Source of the DNA: Myxococcota bacterium
GTDB lineage: Bacteria; Myxococcota_A; Polyangia; Nannocystales; Nannocystaceae
Assembly: GCA_039194325.1 (NCBI GenBank)
Contig: JBCCWC010000002.1
Coordinates: 64,001 to 128,000 of the forward strand
Direction of reading: 5' to 3'
Length of the DNA stretch: 64,000 bases
Below the pieces are notes generated by a model. The model was not told where the DNA came from. It did not search any database and saw only the letters and a program-made list of their open reading frames with translations. Within the stretch, counting starts at the first letter, position 1, and each line of letters starts with the position of its first letter. Both the position numbers and the translations under genes were made by a program. Of this stretch, positions 45,313 through 54,873 are shown piece after piece.

Positions 45313-48222
45313 CTACATGCCCTCGCCCAGCGCGTCGCGCTCGGCGAGCCAGCGGCGGGCTTGCTCGGCCTCGTCGGTGCGTGCGTCTCCGAGCGTCGCG
45401 TTGCTCTGATATGCCCGGGTCACCAGCTCGATCGCGCGTGAGCGGTCGTCGCCCAGCAGCCACAGCACGTGGCCCAGCGCGTAGTGCACGTCGGCGATCT
45501 CCTCGGGAGGTGCTCGCCCTGGTGCTCGCAGCGCCAACGCCCGCTCGAGCAGCGGCTGGGCCTGCGCGGGCTGCTGCCGCTCCACGTGCACCTGGGCCAG
45601 CAGCATCAGGGGCAGCGACACGTTGGGATGCTCGGGTCCTAGCCGTTGTTCCAGGACGGGCAGTGTACGACGGACGAGCGGCTCTGCCTCGTCGAGCTTG
45701 CCTTCCTTGATGAGGATCCCGGCCAGGTTGCAAGTGACGATCGCGGCGTTGGGGTGCTCGGGCCCGAGCGTCTTGTCGAAGACCGCCGCGGCCTTGCGGT
45801 GGAATCGCTCGGCCTCGGCGAGGTTGCCGGTCATCTCGTAGTGGACCCCGAGGTTGTTGAGCACCAGCCCCGCCCGGCGGTGCTCGGGCCCGTAGGCCGC
45901 CGTGGTGTTGTCGAGTGCGGCGAGGAAGCTCGCCTCGGCTCCCTTGGTGTCGCCGGCCCGTGCCTGGGCCGACCCGAGGTTGATGAGCGCCGTACCCAGC
46001 TTCGGGTGCTCGTTGCCGACGGTCTTGCGCAGCAGCGCGACCGCCTCGAGGCCGGTGCGGATCGCATCGTCGGTGCGGCCGGCGCTCGAGTAGGCCGAAC
46101 AAAGAGCGGCGAGCGACGAGGCCACGCGGGGGTGGTTGTTCCCGTAGCGGGAGCGTTCGAGCTCGAGCGCGCGCCGTTGATGCTCGAGGGCCTCGTCGGT
46201 GCGCTCGAGGGTCGAGAGCGCTTGCCCGAGGTTGTAGTGGTAGTTGGCTATCCGGTAGTTGTCCGGGCCCAGGTCCTGCTCGCGCAGCCGTAGGGCCCGG
46301 TCGAAGTGCTCGTGGGCGGCCTCGTAGTTGCCCCGCTGGTAGTCGATCCGCCCGCGGGCGTTCTCGATCCGCCCCTCATACTCGGCGCCGGCGCCCATCT
46401 GTGCCAGGGCTCCCTGCGCGTGGTCGGTCCAGCGCTCGGCCTCGTCGAAGTTGGGCTCTTTGGCGTGGGTGATCTGCGCGATGGCCAGCCCCAGCGCCGC
46501 GAGGATCGCGACCCGCTCGTGGCCGCCAGCGACCGCGCTGGAGAACGCTTGGTGGCTCTCTTGCTCGGCCCGCTTGGGCTCTCCTGCGTCGGCCAGGGCG
46601 CGCGCCACCGCGAGGTGGAGCTCGGCCTGCAGTGCACGGGGAGCATCGCCCATGGTGGCCCGCGCCGCTTGGGCGGCGGCGACCGCCTCGTCGTAGTGTC
46701 CGGCCTCTTGCAGGATCTCCACCTCGCCCAGGGCTTCGGCCATGGCCAGGGCCTCGGGACCCTCCATGTCCGCGGGCTCGTCGGCCCATCGTGCGCACGA
46801 CTCGATCGAGCCCAGGCTGTCCACCACCCGGGGGGCTCGCTCTACCAGCGCGGCGTCGGCCTTGCGCAGCAGATCGCCGAGCTGACGCAGCTCGGCGTAG
46901 CGCCGGTGCAGGCAGACCATCTGCCGGTCGAGGGCGGCCCGTGCGTCGATCGACCCGCGATTGGCGTTGTCGGGGAGGTGCTTGGCGAAGAGCGCCGCCT
47001 CGGCCTCGCAGGCGTTTCGCTGGGCGTCGACCCACCGTGTGGCCTGGGCGTCGACTCGCGCTACAGTCAAGGCCCAGGTGTCGGCGGCATAGCGTAGGCC
47101 CGTGGCCTGGAACGCTCGCTCGGCTTCGGCTCGCCGGGTGTCGTCCCAGACTCCATCGAGGCGTTGCTCGATCCGGGTGCAGTAGTCGCCGCTCGGCTGG
47201 GCCTCGGACTGCATGGCCCACCACGCGCCGCCACCGACCATGGCGGTGGCCAGCGCCCACGAGGCCTGCCGACGCCGGGCATTGCGAGCGCGTCGCATGG
47301 TCCGCAGCAGGCTGCGCATGTCGGGGTGTCGCGCTTCGGGGTCGACTCGGAGCCCGCGGCGGAGCGCTCGGGTCAGCCCGCGGGGGATCCCGGTGGGCAG
47401 AGTCCCGCCCGGGCGCTGCCGCTCGATCGCCAGCGCGATCTGGGCCAGGGTGGCCCCCTCGAAGGGGCGCTGGCCGGTCAGCCCCTCGTAGAGGGCCACG
47501 CAAAAGGAGAACTGATCCGATCGAGGATCGACCATCTGCCCCTGGATCTGCTCGGGGGCCATATAGGCCGGGGTGCCCACCAGCGCGCCGGTGCGGGTGA
47601 GGGTGGCCTCGAGCGAAGGAGGGTCCAGACCAGACAGGCTTTGGGAGGCGGGCTCCAGCGAGTGCCGCGGGAGGTCGGCCTGGGCCCGGGCCAGCCCGAA
47701 GTCGGTCACCTTGACCTGCCCGTCCTCGCCGATCAGCACGTTGGCTGGCTTGAAGTCGCGGTGCACCAGCCCCGCGTCGTGGGCGGCCGCGACCCCTTCG
47801 CCCGCGAGCATGAACACCCGCACCACCTCGCGCCAGGGGTGAGGCCCTTGCCGGATCCAGTCGGCGAGCGTGGAGCCGGTGACCAGCTCCATCGCGATGA
47901 ACACTCGCCCCTGGTGGGTTCCCACGTCGTGGACCCGGATCACGTTGGGGTGGCTGAGCCGGGCGAGCGCCTGTGCCTCCCGCTGTAGCCGGGCCTGCGC
48001 CTCGGACGACGAGCCTCCGTGCAGAAGCTTGAGGGCGATCTTGCGATCGAGCTTGGGATCGAAGGCGCGGAGCACCACCCCCATGCCCCCGTGGCCGAGC
48101 AGGCCGAGCACCATGTAGCGGCCGATCGTGCTGCCCTCGACGGGCGGCGCGTCGCCAACCTGAGCCTCCGGGAGCGTGACCGCGTCGTCGCTGGCGACCG
48201 GGGGCACGAGCGGCGTGGACAC
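45313..48222 (-). CDS. Ser/Thr kinase - TM - Cys-containing helical domain - TPR repeats
   Basis: GHGGMGVV, HRDFKPAN, DFG, GTPAYMAPE; start moved to GTG 48222 to avoid overlap with divergent gene. Confidence 0.92.
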   Translation of the reverse strand: MSTPLVPPVASDDAVTLPEAQVGDAPPVEGSTIGRYMVLGLLGHGGMGVVLRAFDPKLDRKIALKLLHGGSSSEAQARLQREAQALARLSHPNVIRVHDVGTHQGRVFIAMELVTGSTLADWIRQGPHPWREVVRVFMLAGEGVAAAHDAGLVHRDFKPANVLIGEDGQVKVTDFGLARAQADLPRHSLEPASQSLSGLDPPSLEATLTRTGALVGTPAYMAPEQIQGQMVDPRSDQFSFCVALYEGLTGQRPFEGATLAQIALAIERQRPGGTLPTGIPRGLTRALRRGLRVDPEARHPDMRSLLRTMRRARNARRRQASWALATAMVGGGAWWAMQSEAQPSGDYCTRIEQRLDGVWDDTRRAEAERAFQATGLRYAADTWALTVARVDAQATRWVDAQRNACEAEAALFAKHLPDNANRGSIDARAALDRQMVCLHRRYAELRQLGDLLRKADAALVERAPRVVDSLGSIESCARWADEPADMEGPEALAMAEALGEVEILQEAGHYDEAVAAAQAARATMGDAPRALQAELHLAVARALADAGEPKRAEQESHQAFSSAVAGGHERVAILAALGLAIAQITHAKEPNFDEAERWTDHAQGALAQMGAGAEYEGRIENARGRIDYQRGNYEAAHEHFDRALRLREQDLGPDNYRIANYHYNLGQALSTLERTDEALEHQRRALELERSRYGNNHPRVASSLAALCSAYSSAGRTDDAIRTGLEAVALLRKTVGNEHPKLGTALINLGSAQARAGDTKGAEASFLAALDNTTAAYGPEHRRAGLVLNNLGVHYEMTGNLAEAERFHRKAAAVFDKTLGPEHPNAAIVTCNLAGILIKEGKLDEAEPLVRRTLPVLEQRLGPEHPNVSLPLMLLAQVHVERQQPAQAQPLLERALALRAPGRAPPEEIADVHYALGHVLWLLGDDRSRAIELVTRAYQSNATLGDARTDEAEQARRWLAERDALGEGM

Positions 48223-48300
48223 GGCGGTATTGGAGCACGGGCCCGGCGGGGGTGCCAGGTGGGCGTGCCAGGCCCGCGAGCGCCGTGCTATGTGCCCCGC

Positions 48301-49101
48301 ATGGAGCTGACCGATCTCCGCTACGAGCAAGAAGACGCGCTGGCGATCGTGACTCTCGATCGCCCCGATGCCCGCAACGCCTACAGCGAAGCGATGGTGG
48401 ATAGCCTGATCGCAGCCTTCGATCGAGCCGAGGCCGACGACGCGGTGCGCTGCATCGTGCTCACCGGGGCGGGTCGCTCCTTCCACGCGGGCGGCGACCT
48501 CAAGCGGATGCGTGATGCTAGCGGCATGTTCGAAGGCGGTCCGGTCGCGCTGCGCCGCAAGTACATCGAGGGGATCCAGCGGGTGCCTCGGCGCCTGGCC
48601 GCGTGCGACAAGCCGGTGATCGCCGCGATCAACGGGGCGGCTATTGGGGCTGGTCTCGACCTGGCGTGCATGTGTGATCTACGGGTGGCTGCGTCCGGGG
48701 CCAAGCTCGGCTCTACCTTCGTCAAGGTGGGGCTGGTGCCCGGGGACGGCGGGGCCTACTTCTTGGCCCGCACGATCGGGTTTGCCCGGGCCCTCGAGAT
48801 GGTCCTGACCGGGCGCGTAGTGACGGCCGAGGAGGCGCTGGCGATGGGGCTGGTGCACGCGGTCGTCGAGCGCGATGCGCTATTGTCCGAGGCCAAGGCG
48901 CGCGCACGCCTCATCGCGGCCAACGCTCCGCTGGCCGTGCGGCTGACCAAGCGCGCCGCCTATCGCAGCTGGGATCTCGACATGGACACGGCGCTCGAGC
49001 TCGCCGCCAGCTTTCAGGGGATGGCGCAGAACACCGAGGACCACCGCGAGGCGGTCGACGCGATCCTCGGCAAGCGACCCCCTCGATTCCACGGGCGCTG
49101 A
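48301..49101 (+). CDS. Enoyl-CoA hydratase/isomerase (crotonase) family
   Basis: TLDRPDARNA, SFHAGGDL, KPVIAAINGAAIGAG, GLVPGDGG. Confidence 0.93.
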   Translation: MELTDLRYEQEDALAIVTLDRPDARNAYSEAMVDSLIAAFDRAEADDAVRCIVLTGAGRSFHAGGDLKRMRDASGMFEGGPVALRRKYIEGIQRVPRRLAACDKPVIAAINGAAIGAGLDLACMCDLRVAASGAKLGSTFVKVGLVPGDGGAYFLARTIGFARALEMVLTGRVVTAEEALAMGLVHAVVERDALLSEAKARARLIAANAPLAVRLTKRAAYRSWDLDMDTALELAASFQGMAQNTEDHREAVDAILGKRPPRFHGR

Positions 49102-49264
49102 TCGGCCATCGGCGCGAGGGTTCTGGGGCAAACTGCTCAATGTCGCTGCGCAGTTTGCCTGTCTTTGAACCGATGGCGAGGCACCTGCGGTGGGTCGGCC
49201 CCAAGATCCACGAAGGTTCTTCGATGCGTGTGATAAGGCACGACTGTTGCACACCCACGCGCAC

Positions 49265-50698
49265 ATGCGGATGGGACGACGCGGACTGGTGCTTGCTCTT
49301 TTGAGCAGCGCATGTGGAGGCCTCGATGGTGACGAACACTGCCCGGACCCCGGCGTGTGCCCCTCGTGGGATGGCGGGCCCGAGGCAGAGGAGCCGGTCG
49401 GGGACGGGGAGCCCGAGAGTGAGCAGCCGAGCAATGGCGACGACGGGCCCGGCGATGGCGATGGCGATGGATCGGTCGGTGGCGATGGATTGCCCTGTGA
49501 GGTGCGCGACGCTCTGGTCTCCAACTGTGGCATGTGCCACGGGTCCCCGCCCTCGTTTGGTGCACCCATGGCCCTGTCTGAGTACGACGACCTACGCGTG
49601 CCCGCGCCCAGCGACGCCACCCGCTCCACCTACGAGATCGTTGCCGAGCGCCTGACGGCCGACGTGGGCATGATGCCGCCCGATGGCGAGATCAGCCCGG
49701 AGGATCGAGCGATCCTCCTGGACTGGGTCGAGCGCGGAGCCCCCGAGGACCCCGATGCCTCTTGTGGCGAGGCCCCCGAGGGCGGTGACGATCCCGAGGT
49801 CGGTCCGGACTTGTTGCCCTGCGATGCGGCCTACGAGATGACGGCCCATGCCCCCGGAGACGATGCGCTCCCCTACCTCGTGCCCTCGCAAGGGGCCGAC
49901 GATCTCTACACCTGCTTTGCCTTCCGCTCCCCGTTCGCCGCGGGCATGCAGGCCACCGCGTGGGCGCCCATCATCGACGACGAGCGGGTCGTCCACCACT
50001 GGATCCTCTATCGGGCCTCAGAGGGCAACTACCAGGACGGCACGGCCTTCCCCTGCGACGTGTCGTTGCAGCTGTCGGCCGATTTCGTGGCGGGCTGGGC
50101 CCCGGGGGGCCCCAACACGATCCTCCCGCCCGATGTGGGCTTGGACGTCGGCTCACCCGATGATTTCTTCGTGCTCCAAGTGCACTACAACAACACGGTC
50201 GGTTATACCGACGCCTTCGATGCCAGCGGGGTCGCCTTTTGTGCCACGGATACGCCGCGCCCGAACCTGGCCGGCGTACTGACGATCGGGACCACCAGCA
50301 TCAATATCCCGCCCGGGGCGGTGGGGCACGAGGAGACGGGGACCTGCGGCTTCCTGTCCACGATCGGCTGGCCGGGGCCCCTGCACATCTTCGCCACCAG
50401 CCCGCACATGCACGGGTTTGGCCGGGGGTTCCGCACCGTGCTCGAGCGCCTCGGTGGAGGCACCGAGATGGTGACCGATCTGCCGGTGTTCGATTTCGAG
50501 AGCCAGGGCATGTACTTCAACGAGCCCGAGGTGGTGGTCAACCCGGGCGACACGCTGCGCAGCACCTGCGTGTTCGACAATCCCACCGAGCACCCCGTGG
50601 GGTTTGGGGAGGGCACTGCCGACGAAATGTGCTTCAATTTCGTTCTCGCCTATCCCATCGACCAGCTGAGCGGACGCAACTGTGGAATCATCTTCTGA
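49265..50698 (+). CDS. Lipoprotein: cytochrome c domain fused to Cu type II ascorbate-dependent monooxygenase (PHM/DBM-like)
   Basis: SSAC lipobox; CGMCHG heme motif; VVHHW, QVHY, PHMH, DEMC copper ligands. Confidence 0.88.
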   Translation: MRMGRRGLVLALLSSACGGLDGDEHCPDPGVCPSWDGGPEAEEPVGDGEPESEQPSNGDDGPGDGDGDGSVGGDGLPCEVRDALVSNCGMCHGSPPSFGAPMALSEYDDLRVPAPSDATRSTYEIVAERLTADVGMMPPDGEISPEDRAILLDWVERGAPEDPDASCGEAPEGGDDPEVGPDLLPCDAAYEMTAHAPGDDALPYLVPSQGADDLYTCFAFRSPFAAGMQATAWAPIIDDERVVHHWILYRASEGNYQDGTAFPCDVSLQLSADFVAGWAPGGPNTILPPDVGLDVGSPDDFFVLQVHYNNTVGYTDAFDASGVAFCATDTPRPNLAGVLTIGTTSINIPPGAVGHEETGTCGFLSTIGWPGPLHIFATSPHMHGFGRGFRTVLERLGGGTEMVTDLPVFDFESQGMYFNEPEVVVNPGDTLRSTCVFDNPTEHPVGFGEGTADEMCFNFVLAYPIDQLSGRNCGIIF

Positions 50699-51989
50699 CC
50701 TCGAGCCTCCGAGCGGTCCCGGCCGCTCGTTTCGCTCCGTGCTCGCGCGGTGGCCGGGGGCCGGTCGGTGGGGGATCGCGGCGCTGGTCGGGCTGGTGCC
50801 GGCGCTCGCGTATGCCAGCAACACGGGCAAGCCCCGCGTCCCTCCGTCGTTCTTGGGGGTGCGCTGCATCGAGACGATCGATCGCAGCGTGGACCCGGTG
50901 TGGCGCTTCGACGTGGGGATCCCTTTCGAGGACACCGGGCTGACCGACGACGAGCCGCCCGACAGCCGGACCTTTCAGTTCGTGGGGCTGTGTCGAGCCC
51001 CCGGCCCGCTCGAAGTGCTGCCGCCGTGGCTCGATGCAGCCGACGCGATGGCGGCGGCTGCGGTCGATCCCACGATCGAGCTCCCGGAGCCGGGGCAGAC
51101 CCTGGCCGACAGCGCCGACTGGGCCGACTGTGTGCAGTGGATCACGCCCGCCTCCGAGCGGATCCCGATCACGTGCGCCGCGACGACGGCCGGAGCCTCG
51201 TGGGACACCACCGGGGTGCCCGCCGGGGCCCATGCGATCTGGGGCTACACCTACGAGCCGGCCCAGAACCTCTGGACGCCGCGCGACGGGGTCGTTCGGG
51301 TGATCGACGGCGACGATGCCTCGGCCGGTCCCGCGGTGTCGTTTTCGTGGCCGCTCACCGAGGTGACCGCGGGGCTGGACGAAGGGGTGCGGGTGGCCGG
51401 GTGTGTCGCGGGGATGGAGGGCACGATCGTCACCGTGTCGTGGGCCAGCGCCAGTGCGCTGGAGTCCGAGGGAGATCTCGCCTGGGAGATCTTTGCGGAG
51501 GATGAGTGGGCCGAGACCTTCGAGGTCGCGCTGATGCCTCCGCCCGAGGCCGAGTACGAGGCGATCTTCTTGCGCGCCGAGGCCGCCGACCCTCAGGGGC
51601 GTCGCTTCGTTGCCTATACCCGTGAGCCGGTGGTGTTCTTGTCGGGCTGCGAGTCACCGCAAGGCGGCGCCCGCAGCTTGCCCGACGATTGCGGGATAGG
51701 CTCGGGATCTCCGCTCGTTCCCCCGGGGTCTCGTGGCGCCGGGGGGTGCGAGGAGGGCTCGGGCTCGGTCGACGAGACGGGGGGCGGGCCCGAGGGACCG
51801 GGCGCGACCGCTTCGGGCTCGGGCTCGGGTGCCGGCGGTGAAACGGGCGAGCCCGCCGCGTCCGGTGGTGATGATCGAGGGTGCAGTTGTCGGACGAGCC
51901 CGGGTCGATGGCCGCTGCCTGGCGCTTTGGCGTTCGTCCTCGTCGTGGCGGGATGGAGGGGGCGAAGGGGCGACGCGACGCTCTTTTAG
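50682..51989 (+). CDS. Secreted protein with MYXO-CTERM-like sorting tail
   Basis: C-terminal GCSCRT...hydrophobic...RGRRG after G/S-rich linker; start uncertain. Confidence 0.75.
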   Translation: MESSSDLEPPSGPGRSFRSVLARWPGAGRWGIAALVGLVPALAYASNTGKPRVPPSFLGVRCIETIDRSVDPVWRFDVGIPFEDTGLTDDEPPDSRTFQFVGLCRAPGPLEVLPPWLDAADAMAAAAVDPTIELPEPGQTLADSADWADCVQWITPASERIPITCAATTAGASWDTTGVPAGAHAIWGYTYEPAQNLWTPRDGVVRVIDGDDASAGPAVSFSWPLTEVTAGLDEGVRVAGCVAGMEGTIVTVSWASASALESEGDLAWEIFAEDEWAETFEVALMPPPEAEYEAIFLRAEAADPQGRRFVAYTREPVVFLSGCESPQGGARSLPDDCGIGSGSPLVPPGSRGAGGCEEGSGSVDETGGGPEGPGATASGSGSGAGGETGEPAASGGDDRGCSCRTSPGRWPLPGALAFVLVVAGWRGRRGDATLF

Positions 51990-53035
51990 GCTTCGCGCTC
52001 TCGTAGCCACCCTACGATCTGTTCGTAGACCCGGCGGGTCGACGCTCCGTTCCCGGCCGCGAATGCATCGCGGGCCAGGCGGGCCAGATCGAGCATGCGG
52101 TCGCGGTCACGACCGAGGTGATGCAGAGCCTTGGCCATGGAGAAGCGCACCCGGGCCAGCTCGACCGACGAGGCTCCCCGCCCGCGCAGCATCGCGTGGG
52201 CTTGCTCGAAGGAGCGCAGTGCGGACTCGCCTTCGCCGAGCGCGAGCTGGCAGCGCCCTACGTTGGCCATCACGTGGCCCGTCTCCCGAGGGGGGCGCGC
52301 CCGGCCCTGGTAGATCGCCAACGCCCGCTGGTGGCACTCGAGGGCGGTCGTCATGTCGCCAGCGTCCTGGAGGGCCCCGCCGAGCGAGTCGAGGATGGAG
52401 GCCACCGCGGGGTGATCCTTGCCGAACTTGACCTCGCGGATCCGCAGGGTGCGCTTGTAGGCGGTGATCGGATCGACGCTGCCCTGGACCCGCAGGTTGC
52501 CCTTGCTGTCGATCTGCTCGTCGTCGTCGGCCGCGAACCGGGAGTCGCCGGGGATGTCTTGCGACATGGCGCGCTCGATCGGGGTCGGCACGCCGTTGCT
52601 GCGCAGCTTGTCCTTGCCCTTGCCCTTGGCCAGCTCCTGGCTCTCGGAGACCAGCATGCTCGAGTCGCGGTACTCGTAGCGGAAGTCGAGGATGGCCGAT
52701 TGCCCCACGCGGATGCGATCGCCCTCGCGCAGGCCCTCGGCGTGGATCCGGCGGCCGTTGATGTAGGTGCCGTTGGTGGAGTCGAGGTCGACGAGCTTGG
52801 CGCTGCCGTCGGCGTCGCGGATGATCTTGGCGTGGTTTCGCGAGATGCCGTCGTCGATGAGCTGGACGTCCATGCCCTCGCGGCGACCGATCGAGCTCTC
52901 ACCCTCGGGCAGTTCGAACACCGTGCCGACGTGTTCACCGGTGAGCACCGTCAGGAACGCCGGTCCCCGGCGGGGACTCTTGGGGCGCACCTTGGTGGCC
53001 TGGACCGATGTCGCTTCGTCTTGACCCCCCTTCAC
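51986..53035 (-). CDS. FHA domain + TPR protein
   Basis: IGR, ISRNHA, DLDSTNGTYING (FHA); FGKDHPAVASILDSLG TPR; GGAGG upstream of GTG 53035. Confidence 0.88.
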   Translation of the reverse strand: MKGGQDEATSVQATKVRPKSPRRGPAFLTVLTGEHVGTVFELPEGESSIGRREGMDVQLIDDGISRNHAKIIRDADGSAKLVDLDSTNGTYINGRRIHAEGLREGDRIRVGQSAILDFRYEYRDSSMLVSESQELAKGKGKDKLRSNGVPTPIERAMSQDIPGDSRFAADDDEQIDSKGNLRVQGSVDPITAYKRTLRIREVKFGKDHPAVASILDSLGGALQDAGDMTTALECHQRALAIYQGRARPPRETGHVMANVGRCQLALGEGESALRSFEQAHAMLRGRGASSVELARVRFSMAKALHHLGRDRDRMLDLARLARDAFAAGNGASTRRVYEQIVGWLREREA

Positions 53036-53168
53036 CTCATGCCTCCCGGGTGTCCTCAGTGCTGGTAAGGATACGGCAACTCGGCCGCGCGAGCGTACGT
53101 TCGATCGGGACGGCCCCGAAAACCGCGCCACCGGGCATCATGGGGCAATCGGGGTAGAATTCCCCGCG

Positions 53169-53600
53169 ATGGCGGACCTGCGCGGACGTTCTCTGCGGAC
53201 GCTGGCCTGGCTAGGCGACGTGGAGTTCGAGCGAGAGGTCCGGTATCGGCTGGCCCGACGCGGGGACTATCCCAGCGATCGTCTCGATGCCATGAAGACC
53301 GGCGTGGTCCGGGCCGAGGCTCAGGCGCGGCTGCTGGAGACGGTGCTCCCCGGCCTTGCCCCCGAGGAGCTCGATCTGGTGAGGCGAGGCCGAAACACCG
53401 CCCCGCCGGCCGCGGCGCGGGGAGGCCGGCGCCGGATGCAAGACTATCGGGCCGCGACTGCCCTCGAAGCCTTGGTGGCGACCTGGTGCCTGGGGGGAGA
53501 GGCAGGCCGAGAGCGCATGCAGCAGGTGCTCGGTCCCGCTCTCGACGCCGCGATCGACCGGGCGGTCGCGACTCACGCTCGACGCCCCCGACGAGGCTGA
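53169..53600 (+). CDS. Mini-ribonuclease III-like protein
   Basis: LAWLGD, VRAEAQA, RRGRN, YRAATALEAL; 143 aa, no dsRBD. Confidence 0.82.
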   Translation: MADLRGRSLRTLAWLGDVEFEREVRYRLARRGDYPSDRLDAMKTGVVRAEAQARLLETVLPGLAPEELDLVRRGRNTAPPAAARGGRRRMQDYRAATALEALVATWCLGGEAGRERMQQVLGPALDAAIDRAVATHARRPRRG

Positions 53601-53754
53601 GGGAGGTGGCTGAGGGAGGTGGTTCGGTGGCTCGAGAGGTGGGCAACTGTGGATCGGTGATCCGAGGAGTCGACGCTCTGAGCGCTGACGCCCCGTTTGC
53701 TCACCAAGTGGGAGCGAGACGGGGCGTCGAGGTGAGCGCCGGGCCGAGGCAAGC

Positions 53755-54678
53755 TCAGGCGGCGCGGCGGGACGGAAGCAGATCGGCGTTGGGCTGCTTG
53801 CGGGGTCCGGCCTCGTAGACGCGGCGTGACGGCTCCCGGATGTCCCAGACCAGCCTCACCCAGCTCATGGCCTTGAGGATGTAGTAGGTCACGTCGACCT
53901 CCCACCAAAAGAAGCCCTGCCGGCACGAGCTCATGTGGTGGTGGTGGTTGTTGTGCCAGCCCTCTCCCAGGGTGATCAGCGCCAGCAACCAGTTGTTGCG
54001 GCTGTCGTCGGTGGTCGCGTAGCGGCGCTTGCCCCAAACGTGGGCCAGCGAGTTGATGGTGAAGGTTCCGTGCCACGTCAGCACGGTGCCGAAGCAAAAC
54101 CCGATGAACAGGCCCCACCAGCCCAGCGCCAGCCAGATGCCGAACGCGAGGATGAAGGGCGGCAACAGCCACAGCTTCTCCAGCAGCACCAGCTCGGGGT
54201 AGCGGGTCAGATCCTTGACCTTGCTCCAGTCGAACGAGTCGTTGCGGTCGTAGATCCAGCCCACGTGCGAGTGCCAAAAGCCCCACCGTACCGGTGAGTG
54301 CACGTCACGCTCCGCGTCGGAGTATCGGTGGTGATCGCGATGGTGCGCCGCCCACCACAGGACCCCCCGCTGGGCGGTGGTCATGGCCGTGAATGCCAGC
54401 ACGAACTGGAACACCCGGCCGGTCTTGAAGGTGCGGTGCGAGAAGTAGCGATGGTAGCCGCCGGTCACCGCGAACATCCGGACCCCGTAGAGGACCAGCG
54501 CGCAGATCCACGCCGACGCCGGCGCGCCCATCACCAGCCCGGCGACCGCCCCCGCGATGCCGAACGCATGGATGGCGAGCATGGCGGACATCGCTCCCCA
54601 CTCGTAGTCCCTCCAGCTCCGGGCCTGTCTGCCGCTGGTGCGGACGGGCGGAGCCTGTGGAATCTCCAAGAGCTTCAT
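53755..54678 (-). CDS. Acyl-CoA (delta-9 type) membrane desaturase
   Basis: His boxes HRYFSH, HRDHH, WHNNHH. Confidence 0.93.
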   Translation of the reverse strand: MKLLEIPQAPPVRTSGRQARSWRDYEWGAMSAMLAIHAFGIAGAVAGLVMGAPASAWICALVLYGVRMFAVTGGYHRYFSHRTFKTGRVFQFVLAFTAMTTAQRGVLWWAAHHRDHHRYSDAERDVHSPVRWGFWHSHVGWIYDRNDSFDWSKVKDLTRYPELVLLEKLWLLPPFILAFGIWLALGWWGLFIGFCFGTVLTWHGTFTINSLAHVWGKRRYATTDDSRNNWLLALITLGEGWHNNHHHHMSSCRQGFFWWEVDVTYYILKAMSWVRLVWDIREPSRRVYEAGPRKQPNADLLPSRRAA

Positions 54679-54873
54679 GGTCGCAGCATGGCTTCGGACG
54701 CCGTTCCATGGGGTCATACCTCCGTCCCGGTCTGTCATGGTTGTGTCACCGGACCGCGGGCCGGCCCACCTCGAACCGGACCCGTGCGATCTCTCCCACA
54801 ACGGGGCGTTATGCCTCGTGGTGGGCCATGGATTCGCGCGTGTGGATGCGCTGTTACACTCCAGCGCCGTCCG

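Noticed and set aside
48223..48486. N-terminal extensions of the kinase and of the crotonase (48019-48300)
   Set aside because: Mutually overlapping antisense extensions; homologous domains begin at 48222 and 48301
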